Positions 10,142 through 20,447 of a stretch of 52,449 bases of DNA are shown here, piece by piece (positions within the stretch are counted from its first letter, which is position 1; each line of letters opens with the position of its first letter). A program made the translations under genes and the position numbers. The notes beneath the pieces were generated by a model that ran no database searches, was not told the DNA's origin, and saw only the letters and a list, made by a program, of their open reading frames with translations. Where the stretch lies: the IMG/VR virus record IMGVR_UViG_3300008259_000098, positions 1 through 52,449 of that record; one strand, 5' to 3'. Source of the stretch: a virus. Its lineage: Duplodnaviria > Caudoviricetes.

Positions 10142-12082
10142 ATGATAGAAAGTAAAGAAAAAGAAACCTCAATTAAAGTTTTAAGTGATATTGTAGTATT
10201 CAATAAGTATGCTAAATACATACCTTTATTGAAAAGAAGAGAAACTTATAGTGAAGTAGTAGATAGGTATATAAATATGATGATTAAGAAATATCCTACT
10301 TTAAAAGAAGATATTATTTACCAATCAAAGTTTATATATGATAAAAAGGTATTGCCTAGTATGAGAGCTATGCAATTCTCTGGTGCTGCTATTGAAAAGA
10401 ATGAAGCTAGAATTTATAATTGTTGTTATTTACCTATAGATGACTATAGAAGTTTTAGTGAAATTATGTTCTTACTATTAGGAGGTACAGGTGTAGGCTA
10501 TTCTGTTCAGAATAACCATGTTGATAGGTTACCTGAAATACATAAACCTACTAAGGAACAAAAGTATCTTGTAGGTGATAGTATTGAAGGTTGGGCTGAT
10601 GCTGTAAGACATCTTATGGCTAGTTATTTTGGACTTAGAACTACTAAACCTAAATTTGATTTTAGTGATATTAGACCTAAAGGACAAAGACTTATTACAG
10701 CTGGTGGTAAAGCTCCAGGACCTGAACCACTTATGAGGTGTCTATTTGAAATAGAGAGGATTCTTGATAGAAAGAGTAATGGTGAGAAATTAACCTCACT
10801 AGAAGTACATGATATTGTATGTCACTTAGCTGATTCAGTACTAGCAGGAGGTATTCGTAGAGCAGCATTAATTTGCTTATTTAATGCAGATGATGAAGCT
10901 ATGCTTACCTGTAAGTTTGGTAATTGGTGGGAAGAAAATCCCCAAAGAGGTAGAGCTAATAACTCTGCTGTCTTAGTAAGACATAAGATATCTAAAGAGT
11001 TTTTCTTAGACTTGTGGAAAAAGATTGAGCTCTCTAATAGTGGAGAACCAGGTATTTACTTTACTAACAATCTAGATTGGGGTACTAACCCTTGTTGTGA
11101 AATAGCACTAAGACCTTATCAGTTCTGTAACTTATCTGAGATTAATGTATCAAATTTAGAGTCACAAGAAGATTATAATCAAAGAGCAGAAGCTGCATCA
11201 TTCTTTGGTACATTACAAGCAGGATTTACTGACTTCCATTATCTAAGACCTATTTGGAAGAAGACTACTGAGAAAGACGCTCTAATAGGTATAGGAATGA
11301 CAGGTATTGCTTCTAATGAGATATTTAAGTATGATCCTAAAGAAGCTACAAAAGTTGTTATTAATACTAATAAACGCTTAGCTAATTACTTAGGTATTAA
11401 TCCTGCAGCTAGAACAACTTGTATTAAACCATCTGGTACTACTAGTTTAGTGTTAGGTGTAAGTTCAGGTATCCATGCTTGGCATAATGATTACTATATT
11501 AGAAGGATGCAAATGAATAAATCTGAAGCTATCTATGAGTATCTAAGTGCTAATCATCCTGAGATTATACAAGACTATAAGATGATTGCTAATAGTGCTG
11601 TAGTAGAAATACCTATTAAAGCACCTGAAGGAGCTACTATTAGAAACAAAGAAACAGCATTAGAGTTACTTGAAAAAGTTAAATTTCTAAATGAAACTTG
11701 GGTTAAACCTGGACATAATGCTGGTGAAAATACTCATAACATATCTGCTACTGTAAGTATTGATAAAAATAGTATTTATCATTTAACACCTGAAAAAACT
11801 TTTGTAAAAGTAGTTAGTTCACCTTTAAAAACTTTTGATGAATGGGAAGTTGTAGGAGAATGGATGTGGAATAATAGAGATTATTTTAATGGGTTAAGTG
11901 TTCTACCTTATGATGGAGGATCTTATATTCAAGCTCCTTTTGAAGATATAACTAAAGAAAAGTATGAAGAATTAGTTAAACATATTAATTCTATTGACCT
12001 TACTAAAGTTATTGAAGAAGATGATAATACCACATTAGTTGATGAAATAGCTTGTGGAGCAGCTGGTTGCGAAGTAAAATAG
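10142..12082 (+). CDS. nrdJ: Class II (adenosylcobalamin-dependent) ribonucleotide reductase
   Basis: YNC, GTGVG, TNPCCEI, KPSGT and C-terminal CGAAGCEV; no small-subunit gene adjacent. Confidence 0.9.
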   Translation: MIESKEKETSIKVLSDIVVFNKYAKYIPLLKRRETYSEVVDRYINMMIKKYPTLKEDIIYQSKFIYDKKVLPSMRAMQFSGAAIEKNEARIYNCCYLPIDDYRSFSEIMFLLLGGTGVGYSVQNNHVDRLPEIHKPTKEQKYLVGDSIEGWADAVRHLMASYFGLRTTKPKFDFSDIRPKGQRLITAGGKAPGPEPLMRCLFEIERILDRKSNGEKLTSLEVHDIVCHLADSVLAGGIRRAALICLFNADDEAMLTCKFGNWWEENPQRGRANNSAVLVRHKISKEFFLDLWKKIELSNSGEPGIYFTNNLDWGTNPCCEIALRPYQFCNLSEINVSNLESQEDYNQRAEAASFFGTLQAGFTDFHYLRPIWKKTTEKDALIGIGMTGIASNEIFKYDPKEATKVVINTNKRLANYLGINPAARTTCIKPSGTTSLVLGVSSGIHAWHNDYYIRRMQMNKSEAIYEYLSANHPEIIQDYKMIANSAVVEIPIKAPEGATIRNKETALELLEKVKFLNETWVKPGHNAGENTHNISATVSIDKNSIYHLTPEKTFVKVVSSPLKTFDEWEVVGEWMWNNRDYFNGLSVLPYDGGSYIQAPFEDITKEKYEELVKHINSIDLTKVIEEDDNTTLVDEIACGAAGCEVK

Positions 12083-12088
12083 TAACTT

Positions 12089-12748
12089 ATGAAAACACCT
12101 AATAGACCAAGAAAAAATGAAATTAAGGCTATTAATGCAATTCAGTTAAATGATGAGCAAAAGAAAGCCAAGCAGTTAATAATTGATAACCAAATAGTTA
12201 TTGTGACTGGAAGAGCAGGATCAGGTAAATCCCTGGTCTGTGCTCAAACAGCACTTGATTTCTTAAAAAAGAAACAAATAAATTGTATTTGGAACACTAG
12301 AGCTGCTATTGAAGTAGGTAAATCTTTAGGTTTTTTACCTGGAGAATTGAATGAAAAGTTTGATCCTTATATGGAAGCTTTTTTAGATAACATTAATAAA
12401 TGTTGTACTAATAAAGAAGAAGTTGATACTCTTCTTAAAGGAGAAAAGATTAAAGCATTACCTATTCAATTTATTAGAGGTAAAACTATTGATGATATTT
12501 TAATAGTTGAAGAAGCACAAAATACCACTAAAGCTGAAATGTTAGCTGTCTTAACTAGATTAGGAAAAACAGGTAAGATAATAATCAACGGTGATAATGA
12601 GCAAAAAGACATTAAAGACGAGTTTAACGGACTTTCATATGCTATTGAACTATCTAAGAATATAGATAATATTAAATGGATTAAACTGAAAGAAAACCAT
12701 AGATCTGATTTAGTAGGTCAAATACTAGATTATGAATATGGAAAATAA
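12089..12748 (+). CDS. phoH: PhoH-like ATPase
   Basis: GRAGSGKS, LGFLPG, FIRGKT, EEAQN, LTRLG, NGDNEQKD and HRS motifs. Confidence 0.92.
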   Translation: MKTPNRPRKNEIKAINAIQLNDEQKKAKQLIIDNQIVIVTGRAGSGKSLVCAQTALDFLKKKQINCIWNTRAAIEVGKSLGFLPGELNEKFDPYMEAFLDNINKCCTNKEEVDTLLKGEKIKALPIQFIRGKTIDDILIVEEAQNTTKAEMLAVLTRLGKTGKIIINGDNEQKDIKDEFNGLSYAIELSKNIDNIKWIKLKENHRSDLVGQILDYEYGK

Positions 12749-12756
12749 TTAAAGGT

Positions 12757-12945
12757 ATGATAGAAACAATAGTATATGAACAAGAAGTAAATTATGGTAG
12801 ATTTGGACTACTAAAACTAGTAGATGATAATGTTACTTTTGATACTTCTGATGGTGAATATGGTGTAGTTGTATTACCTATCACATTACTAGAAGAAGCT
12901 CTTAAACAACACAAAATTAAACAAAATGAAAATTTGGCACATTAG
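12757..12945 (+). CDS. Hypothetical protein
   Basis: 62-aa ORF in the operon. Confidence 0.55.
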   Translation: MIETIVYEQEVNYGRFGLLKLVDDNVTFDTSDGEYGVVVLPITLLEEALKQHKIKQNENLAH

Positions 12946-13615
12946 CGATACACATACTAAACATAAATATCTTAATCCTCCTGAAGATTGTGATATTGTA
13001 ATATTTAGTGGTGATTGTAGTAATCCTAGAGAACCTTCTATTAATGAAATGCAAATAAGAGATTTTATAACTTGGTTTGTAAATCTTCCTATGAAATATA
13101 AAATATTTGTAGCAGGTAATCATGACACTTCTATTGAAGCTGAATATTTAACAAAAGATAATTTTGAATCAGTAGGAATTACTTATTTAGAAAATAGTTC
13201 AATTGAAATAGAAGGATTAAAGATATGGGGTAGTCCATATACTCCTAGTTATGGAATAGGTTGGGCTTACAATAAGAAGCGTGAAAAATTACATGATTTG
13301 TGGGCTACTATACCTGATGATACTGATATTATAATAACTCATGGTCCTCCTAAAGGGATTATGGACTTAGCTTATCATAAAATAGATAATAAGTGGTTAT
13401 TAGAGTATTGTGGATGCAGTGCTTTATTAAAAAGAATATTTCAAATTAAACCTAAGTTAGTTTGTTTTGGACATATTCATGATAATGAAGATAATTTAAA
13501 TTCAGGTATTAGACAACTAGGAACTCTACCTACTATTTTTAGTAATGGTAGTGTAGTAACAGATGGAGAGTTTGATAAAGGACCTAGTAATAATGGTAAT
13601 TTAATAACAATTTAA
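12926..13615 (+). CDS. Calcineurin-like metallophosphoesterase
   Basis: SDTH, SGD, AGNHD, THGPP and FGHIH motifs. Confidence 0.92.
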   Translation: MKIWHISDTHTKHKYLNPPEDCDIVIFSGDCSNPREPSINEMQIRDFITWFVNLPMKYKIFVAGNHDTSIEAEYLTKDNFESVGITYLENSSIEIEGLKIWGSPYTPSYGIGWAYNKKREKLHDLWATIPDDTDIIITHGPPKGIMDLAYHKIDNKWLLEYCGCSALLKRIFQIKPKLVCFGHIHDNEDNLNSGIRQLGTLPTIFSNGSVVTDGEFDKGPSNNGNLITI

Positions 13616-13647
13616 ATAAAATATTAATAAATTTTAATCAGATAAGA

Positions 13648-13890
13648 ATGAAAGGAAAGACTAAAACAACAAAAGGTAAAGTTAAATGTGTAACTACTAA
13701 AACTGTTAAAGGTAAGCGTGTTACAAGTACAGGAGAAAAACTTCCTAAAGGAATTTATATTTCTAATAATAACCCTAATAACGTGACTTATATGGCACGT
13801 CCTACTATTAATGGTACTAGAATATACTTAGGTAGTTTTAAATCTATTAATCGAGCTAAAAAGGCTATAAAAGAAGCATCTAATGCATAA
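13648..13890 (+). CDS. Small basic protein with AP2-like DNA-binding domain
   Basis: Lys/Thr-rich N-terminus then LPKGIY...YMARPTINGTRIYLGSFKSINRAKKA; no HNH motif. Confidence 0.6.
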   Translation: MKGKTKTTKGKVKCVTTKTVKGKRVTSTGEKLPKGIYISNNNPNNVTYMARPTINGTRIYLGSFKSINRAKKAIKEASNA

Positions 13891-13891
13891 T

Positions 13892-13927
13892 AATAAAGGG
13901 GAGCTAATCACTCCCCTTTTTATTTAT
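13892..13927. terminator. Bidirectional intrinsic terminator between convergent blocks
   Basis: AAAGGGGAG-ctaatca-CTCCCCTTT stem (13895-13919) with T-rich runs on both strands. Confidence 0.9.
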
Positions 13928-16900
13928 TTATTTGTTCTTCTCATCTTTTTCAAAAATATCTAACCATTTAAACATTTTATAACCTATCACCCAATTTAAA
14001 GTTCTATAAAATGCAGGCGTTTTATCTTTCTTTTTTGCATTACCTTTAATATCAAATATACTTCTATTTTCAGCTTCACCAAATATAACATCAAGTGTTT
14101 CATCAGTAAAATTAGCAAGTGTAGATTGAAATTCAACACCTAACCCCATTAAAGGAACAGGATTTTTAAACATTGATAACCAGTCATTAGGATTAATAAT
14201 ACCTACAAGTTCCCTTCGGTATCTATTAAGAACTCTATAAAGAGTACGCGTAGCAAAGTTTTTTTTATAGTACTTATCTTCATCATCCCCACTAGATCCC
14301 ATAGCAGCTAATAACGAATAAACTATTAAAATAAATCTTAACTCTGTTGCAAGAGCTTTGATTTGTCCTTGTTTATATTCTAAAAAGTCTTCAAATCTAT
14401 AAGTACCATTTGCAATTGCTGGTATATTAGGATTCTCTTGTTTAAATCTTTCAAAAGCAGCCTTAGCTCTATTTTCATTTACACTAGTTTTCATATAACC
14501 AAATGTAAGAATTTCAGGTCCTAGCTTAATTATAATTTTTCCTATATAACCTAATAATCTAAAAGATGCTTTTTCATCAACATCCATTTGATCAGTTAAT
14601 GCGGCAATATATCTACTTTCAGTTATAGTACCTGTTCTAGGTGAATATCTTAAAGTACTTTTATAACCAGTAAATACATCATTAATACCTCTAAATCTTT
14701 CTTCAGCAAGAGCAGGTAACCAGTTTCTAAAAGTTAATGCTAATTTACCAGCCATATAAGTATTAGCTGCATTCATATCTTCAGCATTAAGACCTCCTTT
14801 AATATTACTAACAGTACTTAATACAGAACTTCTAAATTGATTATACAATACTTTACCTTTTTCAGTAACACCATTCTTATCAAGAATACCATCTATTATA
14901 AGATCTTCACCTTCAATTCTAGCACTATCTAAAATAGATTTATATTTACCAGATTCCCTATCTTTTTGAGTAAGTCTTTGTAATTTACCATCAACAATAG
15001 TATAGTTTTGAAGCATACTATACATTACTTGCTCATCAATATGTTCATCAGCTACTCTATAACCAGCCATTAATGTATCATAATTAATGTCTTTGGTTTT
15101 TTTTATTTTACCTACAAATTCATTTTTTATTTTTTTAGCAGATAATTCTTGAGCCATATCAGAACCTCGCTTATTAGCATAAGGTTGGAAGAAATTAGCT
15201 AAAGCAAAATATAATTCTTTATTTTGAAATCTATCTTTAGTAGATCTTCTAAATTGTTGTTTAGTATAATAATATCCTTTAACACCTTCAAAAAAAGCAT
15301 TACTTCTAGCTCCTGCAGCATTAACTGTCATTGATATAGGAGAAAGAGCTAGTTCTTTCATTTGATGATATTTTTTAGCTTTTACTAACCACCCACCTTC
15401 ATCTGAAATACCATATAAATGAAAATCTACTAATCTTTCAAATGTTTGATATTCATCACTTTGTTTAGATTTTTCTCTATTAGGAGTATTAATACCATTT
15501 ATTGCTTTTGTATTACCATCACTAGTAGTTTCAACAACTCCTTCAGATGCTAATATTTCTTTTAAAGCTTCCATATTACTTTCAACTTCTTTAAGATTGG
15601 CATAATTATAAGCCATTTCAGCAAATATTGTTAAACTAGTAGATAAATCAAAAGATTTAAGAGTATTATCTATTTGACCTTGTTGATTAACTATCGGATT
15701 AATAAATACTCTAGGTATTTGTCTTTTAGCTAATCCAGTTTCAGGATCTATTTCAGTAATTACTTTCATAGTATCTTGTCTAGACTCTCTATGATTTTCT
15801 TGAACAGACATTAATTGTTTAACTTTATCAGTAGATAATGTTAAATTTCCTGTTAAATACTGTTCTGTAAGATTACTTTTAATCCAAGGTACAAAGTTAT
15901 TTGGTATAGTATTATAAGGTAAATCTAGCATTATTCTAAACTCTTCCATACTATCTGACCAAAAGTTATAGTAATCTAATAATGGTTTATTGTTTTTAAT
16001 CTTTAAAAAGTCAGGATTATAATCACTTTCAGATAAACTAGACTCATCTACTTCTTGATAAATATACCAATAATCAGTATATTTTAAAGTATAGTTAGGA
16101 TTATCAGGATTATTTTCTTCAACCCATTGAGCAAATACACCATTTGTAGTTTCTTGATCTGGAGTAAAAGAGTTAGTAATCATAAATTTAAGTTTTCTAT
16201 CTTCATAAATTTCTTTATAATTATCTTTAAACTTAAGATGTTTAGTTAAAAATTGTTTATCTTTAGTATCTCTAGCTGTTTTTAATTTATCATAAAACTC
16301 TGATTGTATTTTAGTATACAAATTACCTGTTTTACTATTAACTAAAAGCTTATAAACAGCAAAACCACTATAACCATTAGCAGCTCCCCACTTTTCAATT
16401 TCTTTATTATATAAAGTAAGTTTTTTAACAAATGCTTGTAAAGATAGTCTAGTTTGATCATTAGCTAAACTAATTTTATTATAAGCTACTTTAAATATAG
16501 TATTATTAATAGCACTAAACTTTCTAAAATACTTATCAAACCAATTTAAATTCTTATCTCCTTTTAAAAGTTCTTGTTGATTAGCAGATAAGTTTCTATC
16601 TATAAGTTTTTGTTGTAATAGTTTTTCTAAAAAATCAGACTTACCATTTAATATATTAATTGCATTAATGTATTCTTCTTTTTGAGCCTTAGTTAAATTA
16701 GGTAAATCTTTAACAAATTCTAAAGCACCTGTAGCAATATTTTTAAATATTGTAATATCTGCTTTTAAATCAAGAATTTTTTCATTACTTAAATATTCAG
16801 AACTGTTAATATTATCAATGTCTTTAGTTATGTTATTAAGACCATCTAAATAATTTTTAACTATATTTTCATATTCTTGTTTAACATATTTAATATCTTT

Positions 16901-18070
16901 AGATAACATTAATTGATTTATACTAGTATTTAAATTTCTAATCCTAACTATTAATTTCTTATATTCAGGAGAACTTTGTACTAGTTTACTTGCTCTTTTA
17001 GTTAAATTGTTTTTAAGAATCAATGCTTCTTCAAGAGATTTATTTAATGTTTTACTACCTGTATCTTCTAATATGATAGGAATTTGTTGTAAAAACTCAT
17101 TAGCTTTTGTACCAATTTTAATACTTTTTATTTTACCAGTAAGAGTGTTACCAGTAGTTTTAGTTGTATCTGTTTTAAGTTTTGATTGTAAGTCCATTTG
17201 AATAGGAGCTACTCTAGCAAACCTATAACTAGTAATACCTAAAGTTTTACCCATCTCCATAAGTAATGGAATTTGAGCATTAAAATCTTCCATTTTATAA
17301 TCAGGTATCCAGTTAGCATCAGTAATCACACCTCTTTTAATAGTGTATGGTCTAGGAGTAATTGTTTTCCAGTCTATTAGACCTCCTGTCTTATCTGAAA
17401 ATACTACATGAACGTCAGCAGTACCACCTACACTTTTATATTTATTAAATAGTGTAGCTTCAACTTGAAGTAAAGCTTTACCATTAGGATCTATTTTTTT
17501 CTGTGTACCAATAATAAATTTAACATTATTAGCAACTTCTTCAACTAACATATTCCAATCATTATTACTAGGTAATCCTAATTCATTTTGAATCTCTTCT
17601 AAATTTTTAACATCAGCCTTTTTATAAACAGGGACTAACACACCAGTAGGATCATTAGCAATTAAAAACTTAAATATATCCTCTATTGCTTTATGTACTT
17701 TAGTACCAGCATTAGCTTTAATTTCATTATCAGGTAACTTAGATTCATCAGCTGCTTTATCAGCACCTCTTCTTTTAGCATATTTAGCTTTAGCAGTATC
17801 TGTAGTTCTACCTTTAAATGCTAACTTTTTAGTATCTAACCATACATAACGCATAGTTTTACCACTAGGATCTAAATGATATCCTTTAGTTAGTTCACTA
17901 TTATCTACTAACTCAGTAGTTAATTTATTTTGTATTGCTTTAAGTCTATTAAAAACATCTTCTGATGATTCATTAGCATCAGTTGATAACCAATTAGAAG
18001 TTATCTTATCATTAATAGCATCTCTAACTTCACCAATTGTTATTTTATCTGGATCTATTGAACAACTCAT
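13928..18070 (-). CDS. Large cargo/ejection protein with N-terminal PD-(D/E)xK nuclease-like domain
   Basis: GTKVHKAIE...E...GTADV...IDWKT motif set; long helical remainder; last gene of the cargo block. Confidence 0.7.
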   Translation of the reverse strand: MSCSIDPDKITIGEVRDAINDKITSNWLSTDANESSEDVFNRLKAIQNKLTTELVDNSELTKGYHLDPSGKTMRYVWLDTKKLAFKGRTTDTAKAKYAKRRGADKAADESKLPDNEIKANAGTKVHKAIEDIFKFLIANDPTGVLVPVYKKADVKNLEEIQNELGLPSNNDWNMLVEEVANNVKFIIGTQKKIDPNGKALLQVEATLFNKYKSVGGTADVHVVFSDKTGGLIDWKTITPRPYTIKRGVITDANWIPDYKMEDFNAQIPLLMEMGKTLGITSYRFARVAPIQMDLQSKLKTDTTKTTGNTLTGKIKSIKIGTKANEFLQQIPIILEDTGSKTLNKSLEEALILKNNLTKRASKLVQSSPEYKKLIVRIRNLNTSINQLMLSKDIKYVKQEYENIVKNYLDGLNNITKDIDNINSSEYLSNEKILDLKADITIFKNIATGALEFVKDLPNLTKAQKEEYINAINILNGKSDFLEKLLQQKLIDRNLSANQQELLKGDKNLNWFDKYFRKFSAINNTIFKVAYNKISLANDQTRLSLQAFVKKLTLYNKEIEKWGAANGYSGFAVYKLLVNSKTGNLYTKIQSEFYDKLKTARDTKDKQFLTKHLKFKDNYKEIYEDRKLKFMITNSFTPDQETTNGVFAQWVEENNPDNPNYTLKYTDYWYIYQEVDESSLSESDYNPDFLKIKNNKPLLDYYNFWSDSMEEFRIMLDLPYNTIPNNFVPWIKSNLTEQYLTGNLTLSTDKVKQLMSVQENHRESRQDTMKVITEIDPETGLAKRQIPRVFINPIVNQQGQIDNTLKSFDLSTSLTIFAEMAYNYANLKEVESNMEALKEILASEGVVETTSDGNTKAINGINTPNREKSKQSDEYQTFERLVDFHLYGISDEGGWLVKAKKYHQMKELALSPISMTVNAAGARSNAFFEGVKGYYYTKQQFRRSTKDRFQNKELYFALANFFQPYANKRGSDMAQELSAKKIKNEFVGKIKKTKDINYDTLMAGYRVADEHIDEQVMYSMLQNYTIVDGKLQRLTQKDRESGKYKSILDSARIEGEDLIIDGILDKNGVTEKGKVLYNQFRSSVLSTVSNIKGGLNAEDMNAANTYMAGKLALTFRNWLPALAEERFRGINDVFTGYKSTLRYSPRTGTITESRYIAALTDQMDVDEKASFRLLGYIGKIIIKLGPEILTFGYMKTSVNENRAKAAFERFKQENPNIPAIANGTYRFEDFLEYKQGQIKALATELRFILIVYSLLAAMGSSGDDEDKYYKKNFATRTLYRVLNRYRRELVGIINPNDWLSMFKNPVPLMGLGVEFQSTLANFTDETLDVIFGEAENRSIFDIKGNAKKKDKTPAFYRTLNWVIGYKMFKWLDIFEKDEKNK

Positions 18071-18297
18071 TTTATATATTCTGATTTATTTAACTTATTT
18101 ATTTTATTTCTAGATTTAGTTCTATTAACACAAAATCTAACTCTTCTATTATCAAGTATCCATATTTCACCATTGTCTAAAGCTACAGTAAAATAAAGAT
18201 AGTCTTCTTCATGTGTTTCATTAACTAAAAAAGCATATCCTTCAGCATCAAACTCAGGGATATACACAGGTATTGTGGGATTTAATTGTAGTAACAT
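18067..18297 (-). CDS. Small hypothetical phage protein
   Basis: 76 aa; TAATG and ATGA overlaps with its two neighbours. Confidence 0.75.
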   Translation of the reverse strand: MLLQLNPTIPVYIPEFDAEGYAFLVNETHEEDYLYFTVALDNGEIWILDNRRVRFCVNRTKSRNKINKLNKSEYIK

Positions 18298-20447
18298 TAT
18301 TCACATTTAATAGGTATAGTACCATTACTAACTAAACTATTATAAGCAGCAGCTTCATCACTAGATAATGATAACCCACTTTCAGTAGCTTTGTCTTCAA
18401 CACCACTAACAAACTCTTTAAATCCTTCTATATCTTTATCACTTTTTAATATATGTATTTGTTCTGGTTCAAATACTGCGTATTGAGTATCTATTCCTGT
18501 CCACATTTCAACAACATTAGTAGCAATTAACCCATCTTGATTTTCTTTTAAATTAGTAGGAATATCTTTAACTTTTTCGTTATATTGTTTAAGGTTTAAA
18601 ATAGTCATTAAGTAATGATTATTTTTCTTATTTTTTAAAATACCTAATCTTCTTTCTAATTCTCGGACTAAATTTTTTGTTTTATCCTTTATTGACTGTT
18701 TATTGTTAGCATCTTTTAAAAACTTAACAGTAAGTGAGTATCTTGATTCCTCTATAAAAGAATTTATATATTCAGGTGTAAACACATCAAAAATATTCCT
18801 ATTTGTTACTTTCCCAGAGTTACTAATTTCTCCTAAAAAGAAGTCTTTAGATTCTTTAATTAAATCTTTTAATTGATTTTTATAAGCAACAATAGGCGCT
18901 AAAACCTTTTCATCACTAACTCTATCATTTTTATAATTCTCAATAAGTTCTTCTATTTCAGAATTACGTTTTGCATTTGTGCTACCAAGTTCCTTCTTAA
19001 AACTATTGTAAGCTTTTTCTAGTTTTTTTCTATATGATTCTAAAATTGGGATTTCATTTCTCATAGGATCTGTAATTTTTTCCCACTCTTCAGCACTTAA
19101 TATATTCCCTTCTAAATCAGGTATACTATTTGTAAAGGCAAGATCAAAAACTTCTAAATGAAATTCATACACTCCTATTTGTTCAGTTACATTTTTTATT
19201 TCTTTTTCTGCACGCTTTAAAATATTGTCATCTTTCTCTATACTTTCAACTATTAATTTAGCTTTAGATTGCTCAATAGCTCTCATATCACTATCAAGAT
19301 TTTCAAGTATAGATAATACAGCTATTCTATTCAATATCTTTTTTAAGGTAGTTTCAGCATCTGTTAAATAATTAGCATATATTACTGCTTTATTATTATC
19401 TACTTTATTAAAAGTAGAATTCATTAAACTTTTACCTTTTTCTGTAAGTTTACTATTATCTGCAGAAACATAATGTTGCATATCCCAAGCAGATTTATTT
19501 TCAAAATCTTCTATTCTTGGATTTTTTAAATTAATAATAGCTTGTATTAAATCTCCTTTAGATGTATTATCTTCTTCAAAAGAAGCATCTCTCCATAATT
19601 GGGCTGACCTTTTTTTACCAAAAAAGAATAATCCTTTTTCATTTTTATTTTTCTTTTTGGTAAAATCAAAAAAACTTATTTTTTCATCTGCTCCATGATA
19701 AACAATATCTTTTACTTTACTATCAGGAAATACACTATCTAAGTATTGAGAGTATAGTTGTAAAGCTTGTTGTTTTTGTTGTGAGGTTATTTGTTCTACA
19801 CCATCTACAACTTGCTCAATTTTGTATTGACCTTTTGGTATAACAAGTCTATCTCCAATAACTTTAACTTCTCCAGCTTCTTTAACTATTTCATTAGAAA
19901 TACTTTTAGGTATTTGTATAAGATAATAACCATTTTCATCTAACTTATCAAGTTCTCTTTCTAAATCTATTCCTATATTTTCTTCACTTTTTAAATTTTT
20001 AGCTACTTCTAATTGACCATTTCCATATTCAATAGCAGTTTGTAAATCATCTGTCATTGAAATACCTTTACTTTTTAAACCTGCTCTTTTATAAAGTTCA
20101 TCTTCTCTTCCATATAATACAAGATTACCATTTTTATCTACAGTAGGTTCTTCAATTTGTCCTCTATAATAACTTTTATCATCTTGAATAACAGTTTGCT
20201 TAAATCCTAAAGCTTCATATACTTGATTAGCTAATTCAGGATTAGAATCAAATAGTTCTTCTACTCCTGGCTTAACACTCTCTGCAGTAGTAATACCCAA
20301 CTCTTGTAAAGTTGGGTATCTATCATATACTTCATTATTTGTCATCCATTTAGACACCATCATTTCAAATACTAGTGGTTTTTGTCCACTTTCAGCTAGT
20401 AACTTTTGAAACTCAGGGTTACTACTTGTTATACAAAATACAGCCAT
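18297..20447 (-). CDS. Polyvalent cargo protein with two ADP-ribosyltransferase-like domains (716 aa from internal ATG; currently in frame with the upstream ferritin-like remnant)
   Basis: Starts MAVFCITSSNPEF (Met105 of the 820-aa ORF); YYRG...GISMT...GEVKV and VYHG...GLFF...INLKNP...DG...YAVFEPEQI motif sets. Confidence 0.65.
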   Translation of the reverse strand: MAVFCITSSNPEFQKLLAESGQKPLVFEMMVSKWMTNNEVYDRYPTLQELGITTAESVKPGVEELFDSNPELANQVYEALGFKQTVIQDDKSYYRGQIEEPTVDKNGNLVLYGREDELYKRAGLKSKGISMTDDLQTAIEYGNGQLEVAKNLKSEENIGIDLERELDKLDENGYYLIQIPKSISNEIVKEAGEVKVIGDRLVIPKGQYKIEQVVDGVEQITSQQKQQALQLYSQYLDSVFPDSKVKDIVYHGADEKISFFDFTKKKNKNEKGLFFFGKKRSAQLWRDASFEEDNTSKGDLIQAIINLKNPRIEDFENKSAWDMQHYVSADNSKLTEKGKSLMNSTFNKVDNNKAVIYANYLTDAETTLKKILNRIAVLSILENLDSDMRAIEQSKAKLIVESIEKDDNILKRAEKEIKNVTEQIGVYEFHLEVFDLAFTNSIPDLEGNILSAEEWEKITDPMRNEIPILESYRKKLEKAYNSFKKELGSTNAKRNSEIEELIENYKNDRVSDEKVLAPIVAYKNQLKDLIKESKDFFLGEISNSGKVTNRNIFDVFTPEYINSFIEESRYSLTVKFLKDANNKQSIKDKTKNLVRELERRLGILKNKKNNHYLMTILNLKQYNEKVKDIPTNLKENQDGLIATNVVEMWTGIDTQYAVFEPEQIHILKSDKDIEGFKEFVSGVEDKATESGLSLSSDEAAAYNSLVSNGTIPIKCE

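Noticed and set aside
2145-13123. Minus-strand ORFs 2145-2357, 5627-5866, 10024-10221 and 12917-13123
   Set aside because: Short antisense shadows of well-supported genes.
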